Positions 1 to 8,818 of a stretch of 34,342 nucleotides of DNA are shown here, piece by piece. The stretch spans positions 1-34,342 of the forward strand of contig JBFGZE010000023.1 of the NCBI GenBank assembly GCA_041586955.1. The letters are read 5' to 3'. The stretch is from Bacteriovoracaceae bacterium (lineage in GTDB: Bacteria; Bdellovibrionota; Bacteriovoracia; Bacteriovoracales; Bacteriovoracaceae). The first letter of the stretch is position 1; each line of letters begins with the position of its first letter. Position numbers and translations under genes: made by a program. The notes beneath the pieces are model-generated. The model saw only the letters and a program-made list of their open reading frames with translations. It ran no database searches and was not told where the DNA came from.

Positions 1-2
1 CT

Positions 3-164
3 ACCACTCAAACGGATGAAATTGGTAATTTCAATTTCAAGGAATTAACAAGGCCGTCGTTTTTTTTAGTCGTAGGGGATAAAAAGTATAAGACTTTGGC
101 CGAAGAAATTATTGTAACACCTGGTACGGAGTTAACAATTTATCTTATCCCTTCTTCTGACTAA
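3..164 (+). CDS. 3' end of a CDS running in from the left edge; carboxypeptidase-regulatory-like (transthyretin-like beta-sandwich) domain
   Basis: Hand translation of frame 3 gives TTQTDEIGNFNFKELTRPSFFLVVGDKKYKTLAEEIIVTPGTELTIYLIPSSD, with TAA at 162-164. The TxTDxxGxFxF pattern is typical of CarboxypepD_reg-like domains. Confidence 0.6.
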   Translation, partial: TTQTDEIGNFNFKELTRPSFFLVVGDKKYKTLAEEIIVTPGTELTIYLIPSSD

Positions 165-287
165 AATAAATTTGATATGGCATAGATTTTAATGATCAAA
201 GTAAGATTCCTAATGGCGAGTGGGTGGGATTCCCAATTTGCATTAGCTAGACAGAGCGCGGAACCATTCGCAAAATAGGAGATTTAT

Positions 288-1337
288 ATGACATTCATAT
301 CCGATGCGATCATTGGATTGAAGATATGGGTACCTTTCATACTGACCCTTTTTGGGGGAACTCTCTATCTTTTTCTCTTTTACCAATTTATTCAATATCG
401 TGCTCGCACAAAAATTGGAAGCTCAAAAATATACTTTCAATTGGCATTATTTTTTCAGATTAATTTACTATTGCTTATTCTTATCCTTATCACACCTCTC
501 ACAGATACCCTCAAGGGGCAACTCATTGGTCTCTTAGGTATTAGTTTTACTGCGGCACTGGCGCTCTCCTCAACAACCTTTCTCGGTAATATTATGGCAG
601 GCCTAATGCTTAAAGCATTGGGTAAATACCGGCCAGGAGATTTCCTTAGTATTGAGGGCCATTTTGGAAGAGTTACGGAAATAGGTTTACTTCATACGGA
701 AATACAAACACCGGACCGAGACCTCACGACTCTGCCTAATATATATCTTGTTACAAACGCCACCAAAGTAATTCGTGCATCCGGCACTGTCATTTCAGAA
801 GATATTACTATTGGCTATGATATTCACCATCGCATCATTGAAAAATCACTGCTCAAGGCCGCCAAAGATTGTGGGCTGGAGGAGCCCTTTATGCATATCC
901 AAAAACTAGGGGATTATAGTGTCACTTATAGGATTTCCGGTTTTCTCAAGGAGATAAAAAAAATTCTTTCCACAAAAGCGAAACTGAGAGAGGAAATTCT
1001 CGACTCTCTCCATAATGAAAAAATTGAAATTATGTCTCCAGCATTTATGAATCAACGGGTGTTTTCCCCAGATAAACAATTTATTCCGCTTTACGCCAAA
1101 GATAGTCCTCAAAATATTAAGGACATGCCAGAAGATATTATTTTTGATAAGGCCGAGAAAGCGGAATCAATCGTTCACTTAAAACAAAAAATTGATGTAA
1201 GTATGGAAGAAGTCAAAAATATCGAAACGGATGAGGCCTTGACAAATGAGGTCAAAGAGAAAAAGGTGAAGTCCCTAAAACAAAAGATAGGCAAAATTAA
1301 GACTGTCATAGAAAAGAAAGAAAGCGAGGAGGAATAG
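288..1337 (+). CDS. MscS-family mechanosensitive channel with C-terminal charged coiled coil
   Basis: Three N-terminal TM segments; GNIMAGLML and PGDFLSIEGHFGRVTEIGLLHTEI..LPN match the MscS beta-domain signature; AGGAG RBS upstream; protein ends ESEEE. Confidence 0.9.
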   Translation: MTFISDAIIGLKIWVPFILTLFGGTLYLFLFYQFIQYRARTKIGSSKIYFQLALFFQINLLLLILILITPLTDTLKGQLIGLLGISFTAALALSSTTFLGNIMAGLMLKALGKYRPGDFLSIEGHFGRVTEIGLLHTEIQTPDRDLTTLPNIYLVTNATKVIRASGTVISEDITIGYDIHHRIIEKSLLKAAKDCGLEEPFMHIQKLGDYSVTYRISGFLKEIKKILSTKAKLREEILDSLHNEKIEIMSPAFMNQRVFSPDKQFIPLYAKDSPQNIKDMPEDIIFDKAEKAESIVHLKQKIDVSMEEVKNIETDEALTNEVKEKKVKSLKQKIGKIKTVIEKKESEEE

Positions 1338-1367
1338 TTTTAATTAAGCCGCCCGGAGAGGTGACCC

Positions 1368-2243
1368 TTATTCCTCATCCTGTTTTTGCTCTAGTGCCAC
1401 TTCAGGCCTTACCAGTTTATTCTCTTCACCCCAGAGAATATAGGAACGAATCAGTTGCTGTTCAATATTGCTTATCGATTCATTTTCGACAGGCATTTTG
1501 AGCATCAGGTCGACTTTATTATCCGGCCTTAAAATAACTTTGATTCGCGGCCCAAGACTCGGTGCTTTAATCCCTTCTTTGCGACATGATGCTAGTATTG
1601 AGGCCTCAGCAAGTTTTAAATAAGGGCTTGAGATCTCTGTGGCCAAGTTCAAGAGAAAGTTTTCATTTTGTTCAAGGGATACGCCTTCATAGGGTGTAAA
1701 GGTAAAGGACTTAATAGAAAAGCCATCAAAATAAGATTCATTAATAATGAGCTTACTAAGCATAATGCTATTGGGGAGGGCAACAATCCGTCCTGTTAAT
1801 TGTTGCGAGTTTCTCTCTGTTCCTAATTCTAATAAGCGTGTGACAAAGATGTTTTTATCTAACACAATCCCTCTCACTTTTTCGACATCTAAAAAGTCCC
1901 CGCGTCGATAAAGTTTATTAATTGAAATAAGGATTCCTCCCGTAATACACATGATAATTTCTTTTAAGGCAATAACGATGGCCGCAGCAACCGCCATCAT
2001 AGAGATAAGAATTCCCTGCACATGAGAGAACCATACTAATACAATCAGAAACATCGTGATGAGATTGAGGTAGGATTTAATTTTTTTTCGAGTAAAGGCC
2101 TTTTCTTCCTCGTCGAGCACAGAATTTTTTTTGAGGCCCCTCAATAAAAAAGAGCGGAGAACGAGACCCACAATGATAAAAGTTAAAGTTAAAGCGATAT
2201 TTTTATAAAAAGGGTTGTTGATAAAAATCAAATATTCTTTCAT
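1368..2243 (-). CDS. MscS-family mechanosensitive channel
   Basis: TM helices ending AAAIVIALKEIIMCITGG, then YRRGDFLDVEKVRGIVLD and TGRIVALPNS (MscS pattern); protein ends QDEE. Confidence 0.88.
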   Translation of the reverse strand: MKEYLIFINNPFYKNIALTLTFIIVGLVLRSFLLRGLKKNSVLDEEEKAFTRKKIKSYLNLITMFLIVLVWFSHVQGILISMMAVAAAIVIALKEIIMCITGGILISINKLYRRGDFLDVEKVRGIVLDKNIFVTRLLELGTERNSQQLTGRIVALPNSIMLSKLIINESYFDGFSIKSFTFTPYEGVSLEQNENFLLNLATEISSPYLKLAEASILASCRKEGIKAPSLGPRIKVILRPDNKVDLMLKMPVENESISNIEQQLIRSYILWGEENKLVRPEVALEQKQDEE

Positions 2244-2325
2244 GAGAGGGTCCTTAAATTCACGCCAAAAAGATTAAGTTCCTCAAAACTTTAAAATCTG
2301 TCAAGAATTATGGACCAGGTGGTTT

Positions 2326-3324
2326 TTATATTTCATCCCAATCAAATATTTCCTCCTCAAAAGGTTGATTCTTGCCAATATGGCCTAAATTATAAAGAGA
2401 ATCTCCGGCCATTACTAGTGCGGTGCGCCTCATCCCTAAAATTACACCATTGGCCGGGCATTCTATCTTCCTCAGCAATTCCCCTTTTATATTCCTCAAT
2501 TCTCCAATAACCTGACCCTTTTTCACGACATGGCCGAGGGTGAATTTATTAATAAGAACCCCTCCTTCGCTGGCCCTAATCCAATTTGTTTTTTTGATGA
2601 GAAGATGTTTCTGGTTTTTAGAACGGGTGCCTGGAGTAATCATTTTATAATGGCGCAAGACACTTTTGATAAAATGCATACCACTTTGGGTAACACTTTC
2701 ATCAATTCGCAACCCTTCTCCTCCTTCAAAAACTAAACATATTTTTCCCTTTTCATCAATTGCCTGTCTGAATGATCCATCTCGCAAAGAACTGTTCACA
2801 GCTAATGGGATATCAATATCATTAACTATATTTCGAACCGCCTTATTCTTTAAATCACAGCGGACTTGGGGGATATTGAGTCTTCCTGCTGGCCCGGAAT
2901 GGAGATCAATAAAGCAATCGCCCACCTCGGAAAAATTACGCATGAGAAAGTAAGCAAATCGCGTACCAAAACTGCCCACGTTTTTTCCTGGAAAAAAGCG
3001 ATTCAAATCCTTGCGGTCGGGAAGATATCTCACTTTATTCAAGAAGCCATAGATATTAACTAAGGGAACTATTATCAATGTCCCTTTCTGTAGCTTCAGC
3101 CTTGAAGTCATAAGTTTCTGAGCAATTCTCATACCACTAATTTCATCTCCATGCATACATGAAGTTACAATGATACAAGGGGAAATTTTTTGACTCGCAC
3201 GATGAACAAAAATAGGAGTCTTCACTTCCTGCATACCGTAAAAAGAAGGAAAATCAACTTCCTCGATAATTCTTTGGTTGAGTGGATATTTTTTTAAGTC
3301 TAGCGAAAAAACATTATCTTTCAT
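2326..3324 (-). CDS. Succinylglutamate desuccinylase/aspartoacylase-family (M14) metallopeptidase
   Basis: Zn and catalytic motifs HGDE, DLNRFFPG, IDLHSG and VFEGG, plus a C-terminal barrel-sandwich-like segment. Start set at ATG 3324 (MKDNV), overlapping the rimK stop by 11 nt; the ORF track start of 3393 lies well inside rimK. Confidence 0.9.
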   Translation of the reverse strand: MKDNVFSLDLKKYPLNQRIIEEVDFPSFYGMQEVKTPIFVHRASQKISPCIIVTSCMHGDEISGMRIAQKLMTSRLKLQKGTLIIVPLVNIYGFLNKVRYLPDRKDLNRFFPGKNVGSFGTRFAYFLMRNFSEVGDCFIDLHSGPAGRLNIPQVRCDLKNKAVRNIVNDIDIPLAVNSSLRDGSFRQAIDEKGKICLVFEGGEGLRIDESVTQSGMHFIKSVLRHYKMITPGTRSKNQKHLLIKKTNWIRASEGGVLINKFTLGHVVKKGQVIGELRNIKGELLRKIECPANGVILGMRRTALVMAGDSLYNLGHIGKNQPFEEEIFDWDEI

Positions 3325-4201
3325 TTTTTTGCACCCGTGTTTCGACATACTTAATAATTTCTCCTGCAACATTTTTTGCGGTGGTTCCCTCAATTCCTTC
3401 CAGGCCAGGGGATGAATTAACCTCCAAAATCTTTGGCCCAGAACTTGACCTTATAATATCCACTCCTGCCAAATTAAGCCCCATCGCCCTTGCTGCTTTG
3501 ATGGCAACTTTTCTTTCATCAGGAGTCAGTGTGACCTTTTCTCCATGCCCACCTCGGTGGATATTAGACCGAAATTCTCCTTCCTTCGCCACTCTCATCA
3601 TTGAGGCGACAACCTTTTCACCTACGACAAAACATCTTATATCTCTTCCCATGGCACCTTTAATAAATTCTTGTACCAGAAAGTTTGCCTTCAGTTCTCG
3701 AAAAGCATCAATTAAGCTTTCCGATGCCTTTTGGGTTTCACCTAAGACAACTCCACGTCCTTGAGTTCCCTCTAATAATTTAACAACAGTTGGGGCACCT
3801 CCTACAAGTTCAATGAGCTTTTTTGTCTGTTGAGTAGAGCTTGCAAAACTTGTGCGCGGTAATGGTAAGCCTTTTTTCGAAAGTAATTGCATAGACCTTA
3901 GTTTATCGCGAGATCGACCAATGGCATCGGAGGAATTTAGGCAATAAATACCCATCATTTCAAATTGGCGTACGATTGCCATACCGTAAAAGCTGATTGG
4001 GGAGCCTATTCGAGGGATGATGACATCGACTTTGGCAATCTTTCTCTGTTTATAATGGACCATGGGTGCACCTGTTGAGATATCCATAAAGCATAATAAT
4101 GGATTGAGAACTTCGATAGTATGGCCTCGGGAACGTCCTTCATCGACAATTCTTTTAGTCGAATAAATATTTTTATTTAATGAAAGGATTACTATTTTCA
4201 T
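3314..4201 (-). CDS. rimK: RimK-family alpha-L-glutamate ligase (ATP-grasp)
   Basis: DVIIPRIG, RDKLRSMQLL, EGTQGRGVVL, LVQEFI, FRSNIHRGG and LEVNSSPGLEGIE are hallmark RimK motifs; GAGG RBS upstream. Confidence 0.95.
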   Translation of the reverse strand: MKIVILSLNKNIYSTKRIVDEGRSRGHTIEVLNPLLCFMDISTGAPMVHYKQRKIAKVDVIIPRIGSPISFYGMAIVRQFEMMGIYCLNSSDAIGRSRDKLRSMQLLSKKGLPLPRTSFASSTQQTKKLIELVGGAPTVVKLLEGTQGRGVVLGETQKASESLIDAFRELKANFLVQEFIKGAMGRDIRCFVVGEKVVASMMRVAKEGEFRSNIHRGGHGEKVTLTPDERKVAIKAARAMGLNLAGVDIIRSSSGPKILEVNSSPGLEGIEGTTAKNVAGEIIKYVETRVQKNER

Positions 4202-4515
4202 TATAATTCCTCGTTGAATCTAATTTCATGATTATTTTGTAAAATTTGTATTTACCTAAGAACCGAAGAATAAAGAACATTTCGAGAAATATATAAATTG
4301 GCCATTTCATAGCAGCGTCGACTAATTGCTTAATTTTAATTGAGACCATTGTCATAATCCCAATATCATAAACTTTTTCGGTAATAAATGTGGGGGAGTT
4401 CGTTCTTGCCTTGAGAAGAATAAGGTATGGGTCACTGATCTCAATGTTAGAACTAGCTTGAACCACTTAACCCCCCATTGGCAACCTCGCTAAGCGAGAA
4501 GTTTTTTCAGGATGG

Positions 4516-4539
4516 TTGATGTTTCGGTCGAAACATCAA
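4516..4539. repeat. Perfect 11-bp inverted repeat upstream of rimK
   Basis: TTGATGTTTCG-GT-CGAAACATCAA read directly; there is no adjacent U-tract on either strand. Confidence 0.85.
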
Positions 4540-4679
4540 GGTGCGATTTTTTATATCCAAAATCTTAATCCGGCGCAAGCTATTAAATTCAACTTCCTTT
4601 ATTCGTTGCTACTTTCTTTTTTATTGGACCAGTGTTTCAATTTTTTCTGAAAGATTAAAATGATTTTTCGTCATATCTT

Positions 4680-5285
4680 CTATGTGTCGTTTTCATTTTT
4701 GTCAAAAAGCTTTTTTCTCGCTTCTTTTTCACGATAAATGATTTCAACATTAACGAGAGAGAGGTTTTCGTAAAGATTTTTTGCAGTAATTTGTGGCCAC
4801 CATTCATACAAGAAAATATTAATTGGCTTCCACATTGAGACCCATCCAATTAACAATAGCCCTTCTTTAATGAATGATTTTAATAGACTACTTTTGATAA
4901 GATCGTCTAATAATGAGGTTATGAAAATAACGAGTGATAAAAATGAGAGGCCTATTATTAAGGTTTTAAAACCAAGATAAAATGTCGTGCGAATGTTTTT
5001 TCTTTTTATATCTGCCCGATAGAAAAAATATTCACTAATGGCCTTTTGAATGGTTTTATGAACCTGATTGCTAGTGTTATCATAGGTGAAAATCTTAATT
5101 TTTCCAATGTTTTTGAGACCGATTTCACTTGCTGAAGAAATAATGTATTCGGCAGCATCATCATCTAAATCCTTTTTGCGGTAAGGATTGGGGTCTTTTT
5201 TGTCGAAAAGCTGCTCCAGATTATCAACTTTTAATTCGATAACGTACTTTCCTTCTTCAGTTGAATACCATTTTGCTGTTTTCAT
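4680..5285 (-). CDS. Conserved hypothetical membrane protein (two C-terminal TM helices)
   Basis: 201 aa ORF; EQLFDKKDPNPYRKKDLDDDAAEYI and EGLLLIGWVSMWKPINIFLYEWWP resemble a widespread uncharacterised family (from recall, not searched). Confidence 0.8.
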   Translation of the reverse strand: MKTAKWYSTEEGKYVIELKVDNLEQLFDKKDPNPYRKKDLDDDAAEYIISSASEIGLKNIGKIKIFTYDNTSNQVHKTIQKAISEYFFYRADIKRKNIRTTFYLGFKTLIIGLSFLSLVIFITSLLDDLIKSSLLKSFIKEGLLLIGWVSMWKPINIFLYEWWPQITAKNLYENLSLVNVEIIYREKEARKKLFDKNENDT

Positions 5286-5344
5286 ATTTTATTTTTTTAA
5301 ATAACCTAAGCTTTTACTTTTGTCGTACAAAAGTAAGATTCCTG

Positions 5345-5752
5345 TCATTGCACGCTCTGCTTATCAAAACGATTTTGTGTGCCAAAAAGATTCTTGATTT
5401 CGGCAAACACATTTAGCACTATTTTTTCTGCGGCCTTATCATTGACCAATATGTTTTGAATTAATTTTATTAACTCAGAAGAAGCGACTGCATTAAACTT
5501 AAGTGGTTCAATAAATACAATTGCTCTACAGCGGCCATCTACAAAATTTTCCTTTAATTCGATCAATATGTCGCGATAGGACCTGTTAAAATCTTCTTTT
5601 GTCGTACCTCTTGTAATGGCCAGGTCCTTTATGTATTTATCATACCTATTATCACTATTTTCTGTCGTTTTCTCTCTGGAAAAGTCTATCCAAGCAAGTG
5701 TGGCAGCGGCGGCATTAATAAACTCTATTTTTTCTTCTTTGCCGATGTTCAT
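5345..5752 (-). CDS. Hypothetical protein
   Basis: 135 aa ORF with a GAGGT RBS just upstream of ATG, co-oriented with its neighbours; no recognisable motif. Confidence 0.7.
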   Translation of the reverse strand: MNIGKEEKIEFINAAAATLAWIDFSREKTTENSDNRYDKYIKDLAITRGTTKEDFNRSYRDILIELKENFVDGRCRAIVFIEPLKFNAVASSELIKLIQNILVNDKAAEKIVLNVFAEIKNLFGTQNRFDKQSVQ

Positions 5753-5792
5753 AAAGACCTCGTTTTAATTGTACTATTTTTTTGCTTTAAAT

Positions 5793-5814
5793 AAAAAGGG
5801 GGGCAACGCCCCCC
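5793..5814 (-). terminator. Intrinsic terminator downstream of hsp20
   Basis: Minus strand reads GGGGGGC-GTT-GCCCCCC followed by TTTTT, starting about 15 nt after the hsp20 stop. Confidence 0.8.
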
Positions 5815-5829
5815 CCCAAACGCCTAAAA

Positions 5830-6354
5830 CTAAGCTATTTTTGAGGATTTTATCTTTTGAGATGAATTATCCCCTTCATTTCCATCTAATAGACGACTCC
5901 AAAGGCCACCTGATCTTCGCGAAGCAATTTCAAGTCTTTTAATCTTTGGATCGCCAGTTTTTCGCATAGCGATTGTTAAAACACCATTTTCAAAAACAGC
6001 TTCGGCATCATCTGTACTTACGTTTTCTGGTAAAGAAATTGTTCTCTCGAATTTTCCATACCTTCTTTCTGTGTACTGACCTTCATGATGCTCATCTTTT
6101 CGCTCACCATAGATGCGTAGTTTCCCTTCACTGAGATCAATTTTAATCTCATCTTTTGGAATTCCAGGAAGATCAAAGCTCATCATGTAATGGCCTTTTT
6201 TTTCATTGATCTCACAAGATGGAAGAAGATTGTTTTCTAACCTGACGCCAGGAGACCGCCAAAGGTTATCCATAAATCGCTCCATTTCTCGCTCCATTTC
6301 ATTAATCATTTTAAACGGTGAAAAATCACTTTTTCTTGTCAATTCATTTCTCAT
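5830..6354 (-). CDS. Hsp20/alpha-crystallin small heat shock protein
   Basis: FDLPGIPKDEIKI, ERRYGKFERTISLP, AVFENGVLTI and a C-terminal LEI (IXI-like) motif; AAGGAG RBS. Confidence 0.95.
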   Translation of the reverse strand: MRNELTRKSDFSPFKMINEMEREMERFMDNLWRSPGVRLENNLLPSCEINEKKGHYMMSFDLPGIPKDEIKIDLSEGKLRIYGERKDEHHEGQYTERRYGKFERTISLPENVSTDDAEAVFENGVLTIAMRKTGDPKIKRLEIASRRSGGLWSRLLDGNEGDNSSQKIKSSKIA

Positions 6355-6397
6355 TTCAAAACTCCTTCTTTGTTTAAAAATTATCTATTTTTATTCA

Positions 6398-6757
6398 TTA
6401 CTTTTTTGTGTCTTGCTCAGGTGTCGCGCTACTTTTTGCTCCACTTCTTTTCCAAAATTGCCACCACTTCTTCTTTTCAGCATCTGGCGCGTGGGCCATT
6501 ATGACATCCTGTTTTTTGGCATCGAGCTCGACGACCTCGTCATTTTTTTTTTCATCATCATAAGTGGATTCACTCACTTCAGTTTCATCGTCTTCCATTA
6601 TTAATTCACTATCTGTAGATTTTTCTTCTACGCAATTATCACCGATACATCTTTCAACAGAAGTATTGTCGTCGTATTGGTCCTCATCTTCAGCATGGAT
6701 TTGAGGAATATTTAGTAGCAGCGCAATGGTTATGACCCCTAATAATTTCTTTTTCAT
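6398..6757 (-). CDS. Small secreted acidic protein with KKWWQFWK motif
   Basis: Start at ATG 6757, 7 nt after AAGGAG. Signal peptide MKKKLLGVITIALLLNIPQIHA, an Asp/Glu-rich body, one Cys pair (CIGDNC) and a basic/aromatic C-terminal motif. Confidence 0.75.
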   Translation of the reverse strand: MKKKLLGVITIALLLNIPQIHAEDEDQYDDNTSVERCIGDNCVEEKSTDSELIMEDDETEVSESTYDDEKKNDEVVELDAKKQDVIMAHAPDAEKKKWWQFWKRSGAKSSATPEQDTKK

Positions 6758-6819
6758 CCCATTTCTCCTTTTAGACATTGATCAATTTTGTTTTACAATA
6801 AGTTTTCGATGGGTTTAGC

Positions 6820-6836
6820 AGCAATGCTTGTGCCAA
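6820..6836 (-). promoter_or_regulatory. Sigma-54 -24/-12 promoter for the secreted protein-hsp20 unit
   Basis: Minus strand reads TTGGCACAAGCATTGCT, exact GG-N10-GC matching TGGCAC-N5-TTGC. Confidence 0.85.
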
Positions 6837-6900
6837 AATCTCTAAGTAATACAAGTGTCTAATTTTTAAAGTTTTTTAATTTGAAGGAATCAGAATTGTA

Positions 6901-6913
6901 GAACAAATTGTTC
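6901..6913. promoter_or_regulatory. Palindromic candidate enhancer (UAS), GAAC-N5-GTTC
   Basis: GAACAA-A-TTGTTC palindrome about 67-79 bp upstream of the -24 GG; similar sites occur at 8660-8672 and 12084-12096. Confidence 0.5.
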
Positions 6914-7156
6914 CATAAATGCGGTATTTGTTATTCCTCTGCGACCCAAAAATTCTATAATGCTAAAGCAATTGGCCAATTATTAACGATCCCTTTTTTG
7001 GCGTATTTTTGTTTTAGATAAATGGCCATTGCAGGAGAGAGGTTAGGTCTATTTATTCAGGAAGTTGTTAGGGTCATCCTTCTAATGATTTCTGGATGGA
7101 TAGAGCTTTGGCGATGAGGTGATCAATGGTTAAATGAGTCATTGGCAGGGAATAGA

Positions 7157-7184
7157 TTGACTTTTTAGTAAAAGTCTTCATTAT
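7157..7184 (+). promoter_or_regulatory. Candidate sigma-70 promoter of the activator gene with an overlapping palindrome
   Basis: TTGACT-16 nt-CATTAT; the inverted repeat GACTTTT-TAGT-AAAAGTC (7159-7176) overlaps the -35 and spacer. Confidence 0.4.
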
Positions 7185-7225
7185 TAATATTACTTTTATT
7201 GCATGCTGCATTATAAGGTGACTTT

Positions 7226-8692
7226 ATGAGTAATTTAAAGAAGATATTAGTCATTACTGATTCAGATAGAGTGATCTCCGCTCTTAAAGATTTCCTTGTC
7301 GATAAGTTTCAAATAGTTTCAAGTACAAGCTTGAACCTCGAGTGTTTTGTCGAAAACCAGACTTTGTTTGAATTTATATTTGTTGATTATATTTTACTCA
7401 ATAATTTTAAAACACAAAAACAAGATGATGATTATTATAAAGAGAAGCTTTCTTTTATAAAAAACTCTTTTCCCGAGATCAGGGTTTTTATTTTAGCAGA
7501 TGCCAGAAAGCAAGATGATGCAGGATCACTATTAAAACTTGGGTTTAATAATATTTTACAAATTCCATTCACAAAAGAAGTTTTAGAGCATCGGTTACTT
7601 GTCGAAGAAGAAAGAGTTCAGCTTAAAGAGGTCTCTAAAGCGATTGTAAATGACTTCTTACCGTCGAAGAGCTTTTTTCACACTGAAAATAGTGATTTTT
7701 CACATGACCTTGAAAATTTAGTGCAAATTGCAAAAAGTAGGACAACTATTCTCATTACGGGTGAATCTGGTACAGGAAAAAGTTTGCTTGCGAAATACAT
7801 TCACCAATTAAGTGAAAGAAGTGAACGGCACTTTGTAGAAGTCCATTGCGGGGCCATACCTGAAACACTTGTTGAAAGTGAACTTTTTGGACATGAGAAA
7901 GGATCTTTTACAGGGGCCATCAAAAGAAAAATTGGAAAGTTTGAACTTGCTAACAAGAGTACGATTTTTTTGGATGAAGTGGGAACAATTACCAGGCCTG
8001 TCCAAGTTAGGCTTTTACAAGTTTTACAAGAAAGATTTATTCAAAGGGTAGGAGGAGAAGCGGATATACCACTTGATATAAGAATTATCGCTGCAACCAA
8101 TAATGATTTAAAGTCTATGGTAAAAGAGGGCGACTTTAGGGAAGACCTCTACTTTAGGTTAAATGTTTTTCAAATTGAGATTCCTGCCCTAAGAAATAGG
8201 AAGGAAGATATTCCATTTTTATGCCAAAAGATTTTAGAAAAGCTAAACGCCCTTTATGAAAAAGAGATAAAAGCGGTTTCGCATGAGGCCTTAAGTATTT
8301 TTCATAATTACAATTGGCCTGGAAATGTAAGAGAGTTGGAAAATATTCTTGAGAGGGCCTATGTTTTAGAACGCGGGAAAGAAATATCCGCTATTAATAT
8401 TCCAAGGGAAATGATTCCAGCAAGTAGGGATGTTTTATCAATTTCTCCTCTCGACAGGAGGAGTATTGGCCTCGTGGAAGCGCGAAGAGAGGCAACTGCC
8501 TCCTTTGAAAAAAAGTACCTGACAGAGTTACTTATTGCCCATAGGGGAAAAGTCTCAATCATGGCCAAAGAGGCCCAAGTCTCTGTACGGCAACTACATA
8601 AGTTAATGGCCAAGCATGCAATAAAGTCTACAGATTTTTCAATTAAATTGGATCAGGAAGAACAGGAAGTTCATCTTGACGCCTTGCCTTAG
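7226..8692 (+). CDS. Sigma-54-dependent transcriptional activator (NtrC-type bEBP: degenerate receiver, AAA+, Fis HTH)
   Basis: Walker A GESGTGKS, ESELFGHEKGSFTGA (GAFTGA-loop variant), Walker B IFLDEV, AATN, FREDLYFRLNV, WPGNVRELEN and a C-terminal HTH. Confidence 0.95.
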   Translation: MSNLKKILVITDSDRVISALKDFLVDKFQIVSSTSLNLECFVENQTLFEFIFVDYILLNNFKTQKQDDDYYKEKLSFIKNSFPEIRVFILADARKQDDAGSLLKLGFNNILQIPFTKEVLEHRLLVEEERVQLKEVSKAIVNDFLPSKSFFHTENSDFSHDLENLVQIAKSRTTILITGESGTGKSLLAKYIHQLSERSERHFVEVHCGAIPETLVESELFGHEKGSFTGAIKRKIGKFELANKSTIFLDEVGTITRPVQVRLLQVLQERFIQRVGGEADIPLDIRIIAATNNDLKSMVKEGDFREDLYFRLNVFQIEIPALRNRKEDIPFLCQKILEKLNALYEKEIKAVSHEALSIFHNYNWPGNVRELENILERAYVLERGKEISAINIPREMIPASRDVLSISPLDRRSIGLVEARREATASFEKKYLTELLIAHRGKVSIMAKEAQVSVRQLHKLMAKHAIKSTDFSIKLDQEEQEVHLDALP

Positions 8693-8756
8693 AATCAAAT
8701 ATTCCTTAAAAATCTAACTTAAATACCTAACATGCTGAAAAAACTTATCTAAGTAC

Positions 8757-8773
8757 TTGGCACTTAATTTGCT
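8757..8773 (+). promoter_or_regulatory. Sigma-54 -24/-12 promoter for the dksA-like gene
   Basis: TTGGCACTTAATTTGCT, exact GG-N10-GC. Confidence 0.85.
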
Positions 8774-8818
8774 TATAGTAAATGGAATTATCAAATGGGA
8801 AATTGTAAGGAGTTCTCA

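Noticed and set aside
226..242. Possible sigma-54 promoter upstream of the first mscS (GG...TTTGCA)
   Set aside because: Spacing is GG-N11-GC and the TGGCAC element is missing.
2310..3764. Several + strand ORFs of 65-160 aa, representative of the many short overlapping ORFs in the track
   Set aside because: They lie antisense to or out of frame within well-supported genes and show no motifs or RBS.
4173..4466. 97-aa ORF upstream of rimK
   Set aside because: GTG start, 29-nt overlap with rimK, and no resemblance to RimB/zinc protease or any family I recognise; cannot be supported.
4480..4550. Retron msr-like look of the hairpins (CGCACC, CTTAGCGAG on the minus strand)
   Set aside because: No reverse transcriptase in the window and no a1/a2 flanking repeats identified.
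5809..5817. Poly-C run as a phase-variation tract
   Set aside because: It is one arm of the hsp20 terminator stem and is not in a CDS or promoter.
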